DNA from: Nibricoccus sp.
Lineage (GTDB): Bacteria; Verrucomicrobiota; Verrucomicrobiia; Opitutales; Opitutaceae
DNA length: 64,000 nucleotides
Direction: 5' to 3'
Assembly (NCBI GenBank): GCA_047602425.1
Contig: JASGHG010000001.1
Coordinates: forward strand, 4,992,001 to 5,056,000
Both the position numbers and the translations under genes were made by a program. The notes below the pieces were generated by a model. That model saw nothing but the letters and a program-made list of their open reading frames with translations. It did not search any database and was not told the origin of the DNA. Within the stretch, counting starts at the first letter, position 1. Every line of letters begins with the position of its first letter. Below, piece after piece: positions 32,189 to 41,996 of the stretch.

Positions 32189-34984
32189 ATGACATCCGCG
32201 CAAATCCGCCAGTCCTTCCTCGATTTCTTCGCTTCCCAAGGCCACACGATCGTGCCGTCGTCGTCCTTGCTGCCGGACTCGCCCGGACTGCTCTTCACGA
32301 ATGCCGGTATGAACCAGTTCGTGCCGATCTTCCTCGGCGACCGCAAACCCGATGTCTCCAAGTGGGCCGGCGTCCGCCCGTCGAAAGACACCCGCGCCGC
32401 CGATACCCAGAAATGCATCCGCGCTGGCGGCAAGCACAACGACCTCGAGGACGTCGGTTTCGACACCTACCACCACACGATGTTCGAGATGCTGGGCAAC
32501 TGGTCTTTCGGCGACTACTTCAAGAAAGAGTCGCTCACCTGGGGCTGGACCTTGCTGACCAAGGTCTGGGGCATTCCCGCCAAGCGCCTCTTCGCCACCG
32601 TCTACGCACCCAAGCCCGGCGACCCGTCCGAATTCGACCACGAAGCCGCCGCGATCTGGACTGAACTCTTCAAAAAAGAAGGCCTCGATCCCGCCATCCA
32701 CATCGTCCACGGCAATCGCAAGGACAACTTCTGGCAGATGGGCGACACCGGCCCCTGCGGCCCTTGCTCCGAAATCCATTTCAACCTCAACCCGTCCGAC
32801 GACGAAGCCGAAGGCCGCAAGCTCGTCAATTCCTCCTCCTCGCGCTGCATCGAGATCTGGAACCACGTCTTCATTCAGTTCAACGCCAATGCCGACGGCA
32901 CCTTCTCGCCGCTCGCCGCCAAACACGTCGACACCGGCATGGGCTTCGAACGCGTCGCCGGCATCTACGCCACGACAAAAGGCTTCAAGGACTTTTCCGA
33001 CGAACCGTCGAACTACAACTCCGACGTCTTCACTTCACTCTTCGACGTCATCGCCAAACTCTCCGGCAAAACCTACACCCGCACCGTCCCGACCAAACGC
33101 GAAGGACTAACCGAACAAGAGAATACCGACATCGCCTTCCGCGTCCTCGCCGACCATGCCCGCTGCGTCAGCTGCGCCATCGCCGACGGCATTCTCCCCG
33201 GCAACGACGGCCGCAACTACGTCATCCGCCGCATCCTCCGCCGCGGCATTTTGTACGGCAAAAAACTCGGCCTCGGCACCGGCTTCTTCGAACAACTCGT
33301 CGCCCCCGTTGTAGAAAGCCTCGGCAAAGTCTTCCCCGAACTCGTCGAACGCCGCGACATCGTGCAACGCGTGATCCGGAGTGAAGAGGAGTCGTTTGGA
33401 CGGACGCTGGACCGTGGCCTCGCTAAATTTAACGCAGCCATCACAGGTGAAGGCGCTGGCGACGGCACGGGATTTGGTGGAGGCATTGCTTCTGGTGCTG
33501 GTTTTGGTGATGGCAGCGGCGATGGATCAGGTCGCAGATTCATCCCAGGATCCCTCGCCTTCGAACTCTACGACACCTATGGCTTCCCGCTCGACATGAC
33601 GCAGCTCCTTGCCACCGAGCGCGGCCTCACCGTCGATACCGCCGAGTTCGAACGCCTGATGGAGCAGCAGCGCGAGCGTGCTCGCGCTGCCCAGAAAAAA
33701 GAAATCGTCGTCGCCGCCACCGAGGGCGACGAAAAGACCGATCACCAGCCCACCCTTTTCGTCGGCTACGTGCTCCAGCCCACGCCGTGCATGGCGAACC
33801 TTTTGGAAGTCGCCAAAGCCGGTGATGACACGTTCCTTATTTTCGACCGCACTCCGTTTTACGCCGAGATGGGCGGTCAGGCCGGCGACTCCGGCACCGT
33901 CGAGATCGCTGGTCAACCCGTCGAGATCGTCGACACGATCAAGGACAAACACGGCCGTTACCTGCATAAAACCGCCAAACCGCTCGACGCCGATCTCGCC
34001 GCCCACGCCACCAAGGGCACGATGGTCGAGCTCTCGCTCGATCTCAATAAGCGCCGCGCCATTTCGCGTCATCACAGCGCCGAGCACTTGATCCATTGGG
34101 CTCTCCGTAAAACCCTCGGCACCCACGTTCGCCAGGCCGGCACGCACAAAACCGCCGACCGCATGCGCTTCGACTTCTCGCACTTCGAAGCCGTCACGCC
34201 CGCGCAGCTCCGCGAGATCGAAGCCCTCGTCAACGAGCGCATCCTCGACAACGCCAAGGTCGAGGCCTACGAAACCGACTTTGATAAAAAGCCCGAGGGC
34301 ACCCTCGCCTTCTTCGGCGAGAAATACGGCAAGATCGTCCGCGTGGTCGACATCGGCGGTTACAGCCGCGAACTCTGCGGCGGTACGCACGTTTCCACCA
34401 CCGGTGAAATCGGCCTGATCAAAATCGTCTCCGAGTCCGCCATTGCTGCCGGCACGCGCCGCGTCGAAGTTGTCGCCGGCCAGGCCGCGCTCGATTTCGT
34501 CGCCCAACGCGAAACGGTTCTTTCAACTTTAAGTCTTCAACTTTCAACTTCGCCGCTGGAAGCGGCGAAAAAAGTCGACGCCCTGCTCGCGCAAAAAGCC
34601 GAGCTCGAAAAGAAGCTCAAAGCTTTCGAGCAAAAAGCCTCCGCCGGCCTCGCTGACGAACTCATCGCCAAAGCCACAACGAAGGACGGCCTCAAATTCG
34701 TCTCCGCCGTCGTCGCCGCCGAAACCCCCGATGCCCTCCGTGCCCTCGGCAGTCAGATCCTCGCCAAGCTCGGCGAAGGCGTCGTGCAGCTCGGCGCCGC
34801 CAACGGCGACAAGGCCACCGTCGTCGCCTTCTGCTCTCCCGCCGCGATCAAAGCTGGCCAACAAGCGGGCAAAATCGTTTCCGCTCTCACCGTCCAACTC
34901 GGCGGCAAGGGCGGCGGCAAACCCGACTTCGCCATGGGCGGCGGCAAAGACACCGCCAACCTTGCCAAAGTTTTAGGAGCCTAA
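32189..34984 (+). CDS. alaS: Alanine--tRNA ligase
   Basis: LLFTNAGMNQF, GPCGPCSEI, VDTGMGFER, LYDTYGFP, HSAEH...ELCGGTH and GGKGGG motifs. Confidence 0.98.
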   Translation: MTSAQIRQSFLDFFASQGHTIVPSSSLLPDSPGLLFTNAGMNQFVPIFLGDRKPDVSKWAGVRPSKDTRAADTQKCIRAGGKHNDLEDVGFDTYHHTMFEMLGNWSFGDYFKKESLTWGWTLLTKVWGIPAKRLFATVYAPKPGDPSEFDHEAAAIWTELFKKEGLDPAIHIVHGNRKDNFWQMGDTGPCGPCSEIHFNLNPSDDEAEGRKLVNSSSSRCIEIWNHVFIQFNANADGTFSPLAAKHVDTGMGFERVAGIYATTKGFKDFSDEPSNYNSDVFTSLFDVIAKLSGKTYTRTVPTKREGLTEQENTDIAFRVLADHARCVSCAIADGILPGNDGRNYVIRRILRRGILYGKKLGLGTGFFEQLVAPVVESLGKVFPELVERRDIVQRVIRSEEESFGRTLDRGLAKFNAAITGEGAGDGTGFGGGIASGAGFGDGSGDGSGRRFIPGSLAFELYDTYGFPLDMTQLLATERGLTVDTAEFERLMEQQRERARAAQKKEIVVAATEGDEKTDHQPTLFVGYVLQPTPCMANLLEVAKAGDDTFLIFDRTPFYAEMGGQAGDSGTVEIAGQPVEIVDTIKDKHGRYLHKTAKPLDADLAAHATKGTMVELSLDLNKRRAISRHHSAEHLIHWALRKTLGTHVRQAGTHKTADRMRFDFSHFEAVTPAQLREIEALVNERILDNAKVEAYETDFDKKPEGTLAFFGEKYGKIVRVVDIGGYSRELCGGTHVSTTGEIGLIKIVSESAIAAGTRRVEVVAGQAALDFVAQRETVLSTLSLQLSTSPLEAAKKVDALLAQKAELEKKLKAFEQKASAGLADELIAKATTKDGLKFVSAVVAAETPDALRALGSQILAKLGEGVVQLGAANGDKATVVAFCSPAAIKAGQQAGKIVSALTVQLGGKGGGKPDFAMGGGKDTANLAKVLGA

Positions 34985-34990
34985 AACCAA

Positions 34991-35088
34991 GTTACACAGA
35001 GTGCACGAGAGGCTACACAGAGACCACAGAGCTCCATTTTTAAAACACTCCGTGACCTCCGTGCCTCCTCTCGTGCCCTCCGTGTAAC
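34991..35088. repeat. CACAGAG-periodic inverted repeat element
   Basis: GTTACACAGAG...CACAGAG / CTCCGTG...CGTGTAAC. Confidence 0.8.
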
Positions 35089-35108
35089 CCTCCGAACAAC
35101 CGCCGCCC

Positions 35109-35639
35109 ATGACCTTCTTCGTTCTACGCGCGTTGCACATCATCGGTGTCGTCTGCTGGTTCGCTGGGCTCTTTTATATAGTTCGGCTTTTCATCTATCA
35201 CACCGAAGCCCTCGACGAACAGGAACCCAAACGCGGCATTCTCGCCATCCAGTTCGCGTTGATGTCCAAACGCCTCTGGTACGCCATCACGGTTCCGTCA
35301 ATGGTCATCACCACGGTTTTTGGCACTTGGCTGATGTTCGGCTATCACGATCTGCTGCACGAGCCCTGGCTCCACGTTAAACTCGTCATGTTGGCACTGC
35401 TGTTTGGTTATCACTACGACTGCGGCCGCATCCGCAAGCGCCTCGCCGCCGGCGAAAAGCTCTACTCTTCGCGCCAGCTTCGCATCTACAACGAAGTCGC
35501 CACGTTCCTCCTCGTCGGCATCGTCTTCGTCGCCGTGAGCCGCAACGTCAGCATGGCCTTCAAAGCCCTCGGCGGCTGCGCAATTTTGATGGCCCTGCTC
35601 GTCCTCTTCCTCCGCAAAAAACTCCAGGGCCGAAAATAG
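35109..35639 (+). CDS. hemJ: Protoporphyrinogen oxidase HemJ-like (CopD family)
   Basis: ALHIIGVVCWFAGLFYIVRLFIYH, WLHVKL and RIYNEV motifs. Confidence 0.88.
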   Translation: MTFFVLRALHIIGVVCWFAGLFYIVRLFIYHTEALDEQEPKRGILAIQFALMSKRLWYAITVPSMVITTVFGTWLMFGYHDLLHEPWLHVKLVMLALLFGYHYDCGRIRKRLAAGEKLYSSRQLRIYNEVATFLLVGIVFVAVSRNVSMAFKALGGCAILMALLVLFLRKKLQGRK

Positions 35640-35654
35640 CAGACTAATCGATTC

Positions 35655-35799
35655 GCCACAGAGAGCACAGAGCTCGGACACAGAGTACACAGAGAGCTTC
35701 GGGTTGGCAGAAGTTCTTCGGCCATCAAGGATCCAAAGACGGATGCTTCTTCTCGACCCCTCCGTGACCTCTGTGTCCGAGCTCTGTGTCCTCTGTGGC
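35655..35799. repeat. CACAGAG-periodic inverted repeat element
   Basis: GCCACAGAGAGCACAGAGCTCGGACACAGAG... / ...CTCTGTGTCCGAGCTCTGTGTCCTCTGTGGC. Confidence 0.85.
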
Positions 35800-35819
35800 T
35801 CAAAAGTATTTCATCCCCC

Positions 35820-36929
35820 ATGCCCGCCGAAAAGAAAACCAACGAACCGTTCAAAAACTGGTACAACGAAGAGCTCTATCGGCAAATCGCGGAGGAACTC
35901 GCCGCCGTCGACGCCAAGTTCGACCGCAAAAAGTTCCTCTCGCTCACACTCACCGGACTCGAGCAACGCGAACTGATGGATCGCATGCGCCAGACCGCCA
36001 TCGCCGCCGAGGCCACACTGTCCGGCTCGTACCGCCAAAAAGTCGCCGCGCTCCGCAAAATCACACCCAACGTAAAGCGCGGTTTTGTGACGCTGAGCTT
36101 TTGCGATTTCGTCGCACGTTACGGGCTCGACGATTTCGAGCACTCGATGGAAACGCTGAAGTTTTTTACCCCTTTCGGCTCCGCCGAGTTTGCCGTGCGC
36201 CCTTTCATCGCGCGCGATCCCGCTCGCGCCCTCGCCATTTTGCTCAAGTGGGCGGAAGATGAAAACGAACACGTTCGCCGACTCGCCAGCGAAGGCAGCC
36301 GTCCACGTTTGCCCTGGGGTGCGCGCCTCACCGCCATCGTCGCCAAGCCCGATCTCACCGCGTCGATTCTCGAAAAGCTAAAAAGCGATCCCGCGCTCTA
36401 CGTTCGCAAGTCCGTCGCGAATCACCTCAACGACATCGCGAAGGATCACCCCGAGTGGGTCCTCGACCGCGTCGAGTCGTGGAAAAATGGCGACGCAGGA
36501 ACCACCTGGATCGTTCGTCATGCCTTGCGCACGTTGATCAAAAAAGGCCATCCTCGCGCCCTCACCCTTCTTGGCGCCGACACCAAAGCCGTCGCACACG
36601 TGCAAGTGCGCCGTTTCACGGTCTCGCCCGCTAAAATCCAACTCGGCGAATCCATCGAGCTTTCCGCCGAACTCACCGCCAAGGGTAAAAAGCCTCTCTC
36701 GCTCGTGATCGACTACATCATCCACTACGCCCGCGTCGGAGAAAAAACCTCCGCCAAGGTTTTCAAGTGGACGACCGCCACGCTCGGGCCGGGAAAACCG
36801 CTCGTGTTGAAGAAACGTCAAATCATTCGCGATTTCACCACCCGCAAACACCACGCCGGCAAGCACCGCGTGGAGTTACAGATAAACGGCACGCGCCTCG
36901 CCGAGTCCGAGTTTAAACTTACGGCGTAA
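35820..36929 (+). CDS. DNA alkylation repair protein (AlkC-like HEAT-repeat glycosylase with Ig-like C-terminus)
   Basis: SAEFAVRPF, HVRRLASEGSRPRLPW, YVRKSVANHLND and TTRKHHAG motifs. Confidence 0.9.
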   Translation: MPAEKKTNEPFKNWYNEELYRQIAEELAAVDAKFDRKKFLSLTLTGLEQRELMDRMRQTAIAAEATLSGSYRQKVAALRKITPNVKRGFVTLSFCDFVARYGLDDFEHSMETLKFFTPFGSAEFAVRPFIARDPARALAILLKWAEDENEHVRRLASEGSRPRLPWGARLTAIVAKPDLTASILEKLKSDPALYVRKSVANHLNDIAKDHPEWVLDRVESWKNGDAGTTWIVRHALRTLIKKGHPRALTLLGADTKAVAHVQVRRFTVSPAKIQLGESIELSAELTAKGKKPLSLVIDYIIHYARVGEKTSAKVFKWTTATLGPGKPLVLKKRQIIRDFTTRKHHAGKHRVELQINGTRLAESEFKLTA

Positions 36930-36941
36930 AACAAATTCCGA

Positions 36942-37037
36942 GGTGGAGCGGGCCGTCCCCGGCGCGCTGGTTTGAAAATGCAACGCCGAACAACCGGCGA
37001 CGCCACTCAAGGCGCAATGCGACCGCGCGTTCCACCC
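36942..37037. repeat. Degenerate GTGG-type REP doublet
   Basis: GGTGGAGCG...GCGCTGGTTTGAAA ... CGCGTTCCACC, between convergent genes. Confidence 0.6.
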
Positions 37038-37081
37038 ATCTGCGTTGTTAGCACAGTACGCCCCTCGTCGTATCACCGGCT

Positions 37082-39946
37082 TCACAGAGCAAAACTCACC
37101 GACAACACAAAGCGGCGTGGTGCGAGAAAATCGTAATCCATCGACTGAACCAAGCCGCCGCCGTACGTCTGGTAACTGCGGTAGATCAATGTTTCCTTTC
37201 CAAGGACGTTTTCCACGTTGAGCTGTATCTTCGTTTTTACCTTTCGCTCTCCAAAACCGAACGAAGTGCTGTATCCAAGCATCGCGTTGTAGATTTGGTA
37301 GGCGGGCGATAGAATCCGCTCGCCATTCACTTTGTCCTGCGGATTGCCATACTGCTTTCCGAGTGCCGTCACTCCCGCTCCGACGGAGAATCCTTTCAGC
37401 CATTCCTGCGGAAACGTATAGGTGCCGAAGAAACTCGCGGTGTACTTAACCAAATGCCCCGTCACCACGGGTTCCGACAATGCGTTAATTTCTTTGGCGA
37501 TGTTGTCGATTTCGGTCTGCAGCATCGTCCGCTGCGACTGCAATTGCGGGTCTGTGGTGGGTGCGTTGGCCGTCGCCTGCCAGCTCGCAAGATGCTCCGC
37601 AAAGTAACGGCGACTGTTCGGAACGGAATTCGAAAGCTCCGATCGCGGAACCGACAGGTTCATCTGCAATCGGAGATCCGGCGTCGGATTGCCAATGAAC
37701 TCAAATTCATAACCACGGCTCCGCAAATCCGTCGTATCGGAAAAGTTCATCGATGCGTTCGCCGATGTGCCAGTCCCGGTGATCACACCCGTGGGCCCAA
37801 GGTCGCGGTCCGGCCCGCCGGCATCGATATACCGGTTCCACAGACCTTGAAAACCCGGCCCGTTTTTTGGACGACCCGTGGATTCGTCCTCGTAGTAATT
37901 CAGCGCGGCGTAATATTTCCGATCCAGTGTCGATATGCGCACGCCAAACGTCTGCCCCCGCCCTTCCGCCGCTTTCATTGGCGCGCCATACAGCGTCGGA
38001 GCCACACCACCCGCCAGCGGCGCAAAATTTTCAGAATAGTTATAGCTGAGCCCAAGCCAGGGCAGCACATAACCCACCGCGCCCGCTTGGTAGGTGGTGC
38101 CTTTTTCGGTCAGACTCGTCATCGTCGTATCGAGTTTCCGAATACCGCGCTTTTCGTTCGAATACCGGTCGCGACGCGCGCCGAGCGTGAGATTCAGCCG
38201 ATCCCTCCAGAGCCGGGTCTGCGAAACGATGCCGGCATACTTGATCGTTTCTTTAAGATTGTAGTCGAACCAATTGAAAGGCATCGCCTGGTAAGTGCCC
38301 ACACTGGCAGGGAGGTTCATGGCCGCGCGCGGATTGTCCCAGTACAAACGGCCCCAAATCATGTGTTGGATCCAATTAGTCTCATCGATCGTTTGGTCGA
38401 ACGCCAGGTAGGTTCTCGGTTTCAACTCCGTGCGCCGGTAGCCTCCGCTCACGCCGAACCACTGCGCAATAGGAATGCCAAACGCGCTCGTGTCGAAATG
38501 GTAGTTGAGCTGCCCGCGCAGCTCCGTCGCCGGGTGAAATTGATTCTGTTTGCTCAGGAAAAGATCCGAATACCGTTTGCCGAAATTTGGATTTGGCTGT
38601 CCGTTCGGCAACTGCCGGTTCAGATCGATCGGAGACTGCGCGCTATTTCCTCCCACATTCTCGAAATTTTGCGACTTCTGCGCGTCGCTGTAGCCGTAGG
38701 CCGCCAGCTGCACCTCCATGTTGTCGTTGATCTTTTGGTCCAACAACGCCGTCACCGACGCGTACTGTGCCCGCAGAAAACCGTCGCTCGGCGCCACCGT
38801 GAAATCACGACTCGGCAGCGCCGCGACCCAGGTGTCCGTCGGGCCAAAACTATACGCGTGCGGCCGCAAGTAGGCGCCCCAAGCCACGTCGTTGGTGCCC
38901 ATCGAGCGAATGCCGCCCTGCCAGTTCGCGGCCCCAAGCTGCGGCAGTCCGGGAATCCAAACCCGCAGCGTGGGATCGAAGCCCACCATCGCTTTCACCC
39001 CCGGCGCACCTGGCGTTGTCAGCGGGTTCGATTCCGCGCCTGTCACCGTTGCGCCCCACGTTGGCGCGCTCGTCGTTTGGTTCCAAAGAGAGAAGTTATC
39101 CTGCACGGTGAATATATAGAGATTGTTCTTCCGGTCGTAGCCTTCGATTTCGATGCGCAACTTCGTATTTTCAAAAAACCTAAACTGCGTGGAAAGGTCC
39201 GCGGCATACGTGCGCCCGCGGTCGCCTTCGCGCCAACCGCGCTCACGCTCCGCCAGAATATTGGTGCGTAGGGCAATGTTAGCGTTTACGACGCGGTTCA
39301 CATCCGCGGTCGCGCGCACCCCGGCATTGTCATTAAATTGAATTGTGAGATCCGCCGAGTTTCCGTCGAAGCGCGGCACTTTGGTATAGGTCGCGATGCT
39401 TCCGCCAATGTCGCCCACGCCGAATAAAATCGAATTGGGCCCACGCGCCGCCTCGACCCGATCCACGTTATAGAGATCCTGGGCCACATAGTTCGGGAAA
39501 TAGTTTCGGCCTGGCGGATTTCCACCTTGTTCAAGATCACCTTGTCCGCGCACGCTGAAAGCCCACGCGTTAAACTGCCCACCGCTTCCCGTCTGACCCG
39601 CGCGCCAGTTTTGCGGCACCGCGCCGGCGATCCATTTCAGCGAGTCTCGCACGTTCGTCACTTGCACGTCGTCGATAAATGCGCGCGTCAGCGATGTGAT
39701 CGGTGCAGCGACCGTGCGAAGCGGCAAATTTGCGCGTCCACCCGCCAGCGAATCGACCGCCACGTAGCCGACGTCGCGTTTCGCGTCCACCGTGAAAGCC
39801 TCGAGAACGGTTATTTGATTTTCTGTCGGGATCGACGAGGGTTCTTCTGTAGCCGGAGACGAAGGCGGGGAAACTTCCTGGGACAACAGTGCGTGGGATA
39901 AGACAAATACACTGGCGACGACGGCGGTAGTTTTTGCGTTTTTCAT
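37082..39946 (-). CDS. TonB-dependent receptor
   Basis: Signal peptide, LEAFTV TonB-box-like motif, plug motif RVEAARGPNSILFG and a C-terminal beta-signal. Confidence 0.9.
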   Translation of the reverse strand: MKNAKTTAVVASVFVLSHALLSQEVSPPSSPATEEPSSIPTENQITVLEAFTVDAKRDVGYVAVDSLAGGRANLPLRTVAAPITSLTRAFIDDVQVTNVRDSLKWIAGAVPQNWRAGQTGSGGQFNAWAFSVRGQGDLEQGGNPPGRNYFPNYVAQDLYNVDRVEAARGPNSILFGVGDIGGSIATYTKVPRFDGNSADLTIQFNDNAGVRATADVNRVVNANIALRTNILAERERGWREGDRGRTYAADLSTQFRFFENTKLRIEIEGYDRKNNLYIFTVQDNFSLWNQTTSAPTWGATVTGAESNPLTTPGAPGVKAMVGFDPTLRVWIPGLPQLGAANWQGGIRSMGTNDVAWGAYLRPHAYSFGPTDTWVAALPSRDFTVAPSDGFLRAQYASVTALLDQKINDNMEVQLAAYGYSDAQKSQNFENVGGNSAQSPIDLNRQLPNGQPNPNFGKRYSDLFLSKQNQFHPATELRGQLNYHFDTSAFGIPIAQWFGVSGGYRRTELKPRTYLAFDQTIDETNWIQHMIWGRLYWDNPRAAMNLPASVGTYQAMPFNWFDYNLKETIKYAGIVSQTRLWRDRLNLTLGARRDRYSNEKRGIRKLDTTMTSLTEKGTTYQAGAVGYVLPWLGLSYNYSENFAPLAGGVAPTLYGAPMKAAEGRGQTFGVRISTLDRKYYAALNYYEDESTGRPKNGPGFQGLWNRYIDAGGPDRDLGPTGVITGTGTSANASMNFSDTTDLRSRGYEFEFIGNPTPDLRLQMNLSVPRSELSNSVPNSRRYFAEHLASWQATANAPTTDPQLQSQRTMLQTEIDNIAKEINALSEPVVTGHLVKYTASFFGTYTFPQEWLKGFSVGAGVTALGKQYGNPQDKVNGERILSPAYQIYNAMLGYSTSFGFGERKVKTKIQLNVENVLGKETLIYRSYQTYGGGLVQSMDYDFLAPRRFVLSVSFAL

Positions 39947-40139
39947 GGGGCAGCCTCCTGAACACTTGGGTTAGCGCCCGCCGGAAGAACGCCTTCGTAT
40001 AGACAATCCCAATCCTGTTTGGTTGCAGTGTTTCGGCTTTATTGGTCCTTCCAGTTTTCCCGGCCCGCCTACCGGAGATTTTCCCGTTAGCTGAGCTTAA
40101 GCTGGCGGAACGCCTGCGGATTTGCTTAGTTCGTCCACG

Positions 40140-40397
40140 ATGACTTTGAGCGACATTATCAACGACATCGCGGATCAGGCCGACGATTTTCTCGACGGCG
40201 TGACAAAACGAACGGACGCCCGCGCGGCCATCTCCGAACAGCTCACCATCAAGTACCCCAAGCTTGCCGGACCCGAGCGCACTAAAGTTACCGACGGCGT
40301 CCTCGCGCTCCTCGACGAAGAAGGCTTTTTTGAACTGGGCTCTGGTTCCGGTTCGGATTCCGACAATGAAGGCGGCGACAGCAGTGAGGAAGAATAA
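40140..40397 (+). CDS. Small acidic hypothetical protein
   Basis: 85-aa ORF followed by a terminator-like hairpin. Confidence 0.75.
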   Translation: MTLSDIINDIADQADDFLDGVTKRTDARAAISEQLTIKYPKLAGPERTKVTDGVLALLDEEGFFELGSGSGSDSDNEGGDSSEEE

Positions 40398-40418
40398 TGG
40401 CCGTCTCAACTCAAAGGC

Positions 40419-40465
40419 CGCGGTCCGAAAAGCTGTGAGCTTCACAGCCGCGGAGTCCGCGTTTT
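40419..40465 (+). terminator. Probable intrinsic terminator
   Basis: GCTGTGA-gct-TCACAGC inner stem, CGCGG/CCGCG outer stem, then TTTT. Confidence 0.5.
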
Positions 40466-40493
40466 GTGCCGCTGTGATTCAATCTCCTTCGCT

Positions 40494-40946
40494 ATGATTT
40501 CTTTTTCCGCGCCCGACCTTACACAACATCCACCCCGCAGCCCGCGCGTTCGACTCGGCGGCTATGTGATGTTGCCGCGTTCGATCGACAAAGCCCGTGC
40601 CAAGGTTGCCGGCAAACTCGGCGAATACCTTTTCCCGCACACCATGGACAAGTGGCTGCTCGAATTCCTCGGGATCGATGGCAACGCATTTTTCGAAACA
40701 ATCAAAACCGGTAAAAGCGACAGTGAGATCCTCGCGTGGGTCCAAGAGAACTCGAATCCCAAGCGCACCGAGGCGGAAATAGCCGCCTGGTCGCAGTGGC
40801 TCGAAAACCTCACCCCGGGCAACGCCAAACGTCACAGCATGACCGGCGAATGGATCGCGAAAAATGCCCCCGCGCGTGAAGACGTTCACACCTTTATCGA
40901 CCGGCTCGATTTGGACGATTACATTTCGTTCGGCGGAAAACCATAA
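40494..40946 (+). CDS. DUF5069-like protein
   Basis: PPRSPRVRLGGYVMLPRSIDKARA...GEY...LDLDD. Confidence 0.82.
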   Translation: MISFSAPDLTQHPPRSPRVRLGGYVMLPRSIDKARAKVAGKLGEYLFPHTMDKWLLEFLGIDGNAFFETIKTGKSDSEILAWVQENSNPKRTEAEIAAWSQWLENLTPGNAKRHSMTGEWIAKNAPAREDVHTFIDRLDLDDYISFGGKP

Positions 40947-41035
40947 TCCAATTACGCCACATTCGTTCGTTCCAAGCGCCAACGACATTCCGCCAATCCG
41001 GCGGCCGGTTCAAAACGCGTGTTTGGGATATAGTT

Positions 41036-41833
41036 CTAATCCCGCAGCAATTCGCGGGCTCGGGAACAAAAGTTCTTTCCACCGGCCACGTATTGAATGC
41101 GGGGCATTTTCAAATCGAATTGGCGCATGGGAAATTGTTCGCCATTGAGGAAATGAACTTCTCCGCCACCGGCGAGACAGAGCGCAACCGCCGCAGCGAT
41201 ATCCCAAATCTTCACGTTGTGGTCGATCGTGCCGTCCAGCGTGCCGACCGCCACATAAGCAAGGTGCAGCGTACTGGTGCCAAGCGCGCGAATTTTATAA
41301 TTCTCCACAATGCGCTGCGCGTGATGCGCAAACTTGCGATCAAATGGGCTGTGAAAACCAATGAGACTTTCCTTGTCGAGTTTCGCTTCCTTCACTTGCG
41401 CGGGCCGCTCGCCGTCGAAAAGCCCAAATCCCGGGCCGCCCTGGATCAGCACGCGGCGTCCCATGTCGTAGACGAAGCCATAAACCGGCAGGCCGTTTTC
41501 CAACAGCGCGAGTGAAATGGCGCAGTTCGGAATTCCTTGGGCATAGTTATTGGTTCCGTCGATCGGATCCAACACCCACGCGAAACGCGCCGTGACCGCA
41601 ATCGGCTTGTCGGTAACCGTGAGTTCCTCGCTGAAAATCTGGTCGCCCGGAAATTGCGCGGTGATCTCGCGCACGATGGCCTCCGAGATCGCAATATCGA
41701 TCGGTGTCACCCGCGTGCCGTCGTGCTTCCAATTGCTTTGCGCGCGACCAAATTCGGCGTGCAACAACGTAGTACGGGCGAGCACGACGGTTTTGCCAGC
41801 GGCGATGCGGGAGAGAAGTTCGGCTGAAGACAT
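41036..41833 (-). CDS. Inositol monophosphatase family protein
   Basis: SEE, WVLDPIDGTNNY and WDIAA motifs. Confidence 0.92.
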   Translation of the reverse strand: MSSAELLSRIAAGKTVVLARTTLLHAEFGRAQSNWKHDGTRVTPIDIAISEAIVREITAQFPGDQIFSEELTVTDKPIAVTARFAWVLDPIDGTNNYAQGIPNCAISLALLENGLPVYGFVYDMGRRVLIQGGPGFGLFDGERPAQVKEAKLDKESLIGFHSPFDRKFAHHAQRIVENYKIRALGTSTLHLAYVAVGTLDGTIDHNVKIWDIAAAVALCLAGGGEVHFLNGEQFPMRQFDLKMPRIQYVAGGKNFCSRARELLRD

Positions 41834-41837
41834 GTAG

Positions 41838-41986
41838 AACCACTTATTCACACTTATGCTCACTGATGAAAACCAATAAGTGGCCTTCAGTGGAAATAAG
41901 TGGTTCAACTTCTACGCATTCGTAGTGTTTCAACACAAACAAAGCGATACAGGCTCATTCGCGTTTATTCGCGTCCATTCGCGGTT
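41838..41986. repeat. 10-bp-periodic triplets: inverted AACCACTTAT pair (41838-41905) and ATTCGCG x3 (41957-41986)
   Basis: aaccacttat tcacacttat gctcactgat-N8-ataagtggcc ttcagtggaa ataagtggtt; attcgcgttt attcgcgtcc attcgcggtt. Confidence 0.85.
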
Positions 41987-41996
41987 GCACGTCTCG

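Noticed and set aside
37454..39271. 605-aa plus-strand ORF
   Set aside because: Antisense to the TonB receptor; Arg-rich, non-protein-like composition.
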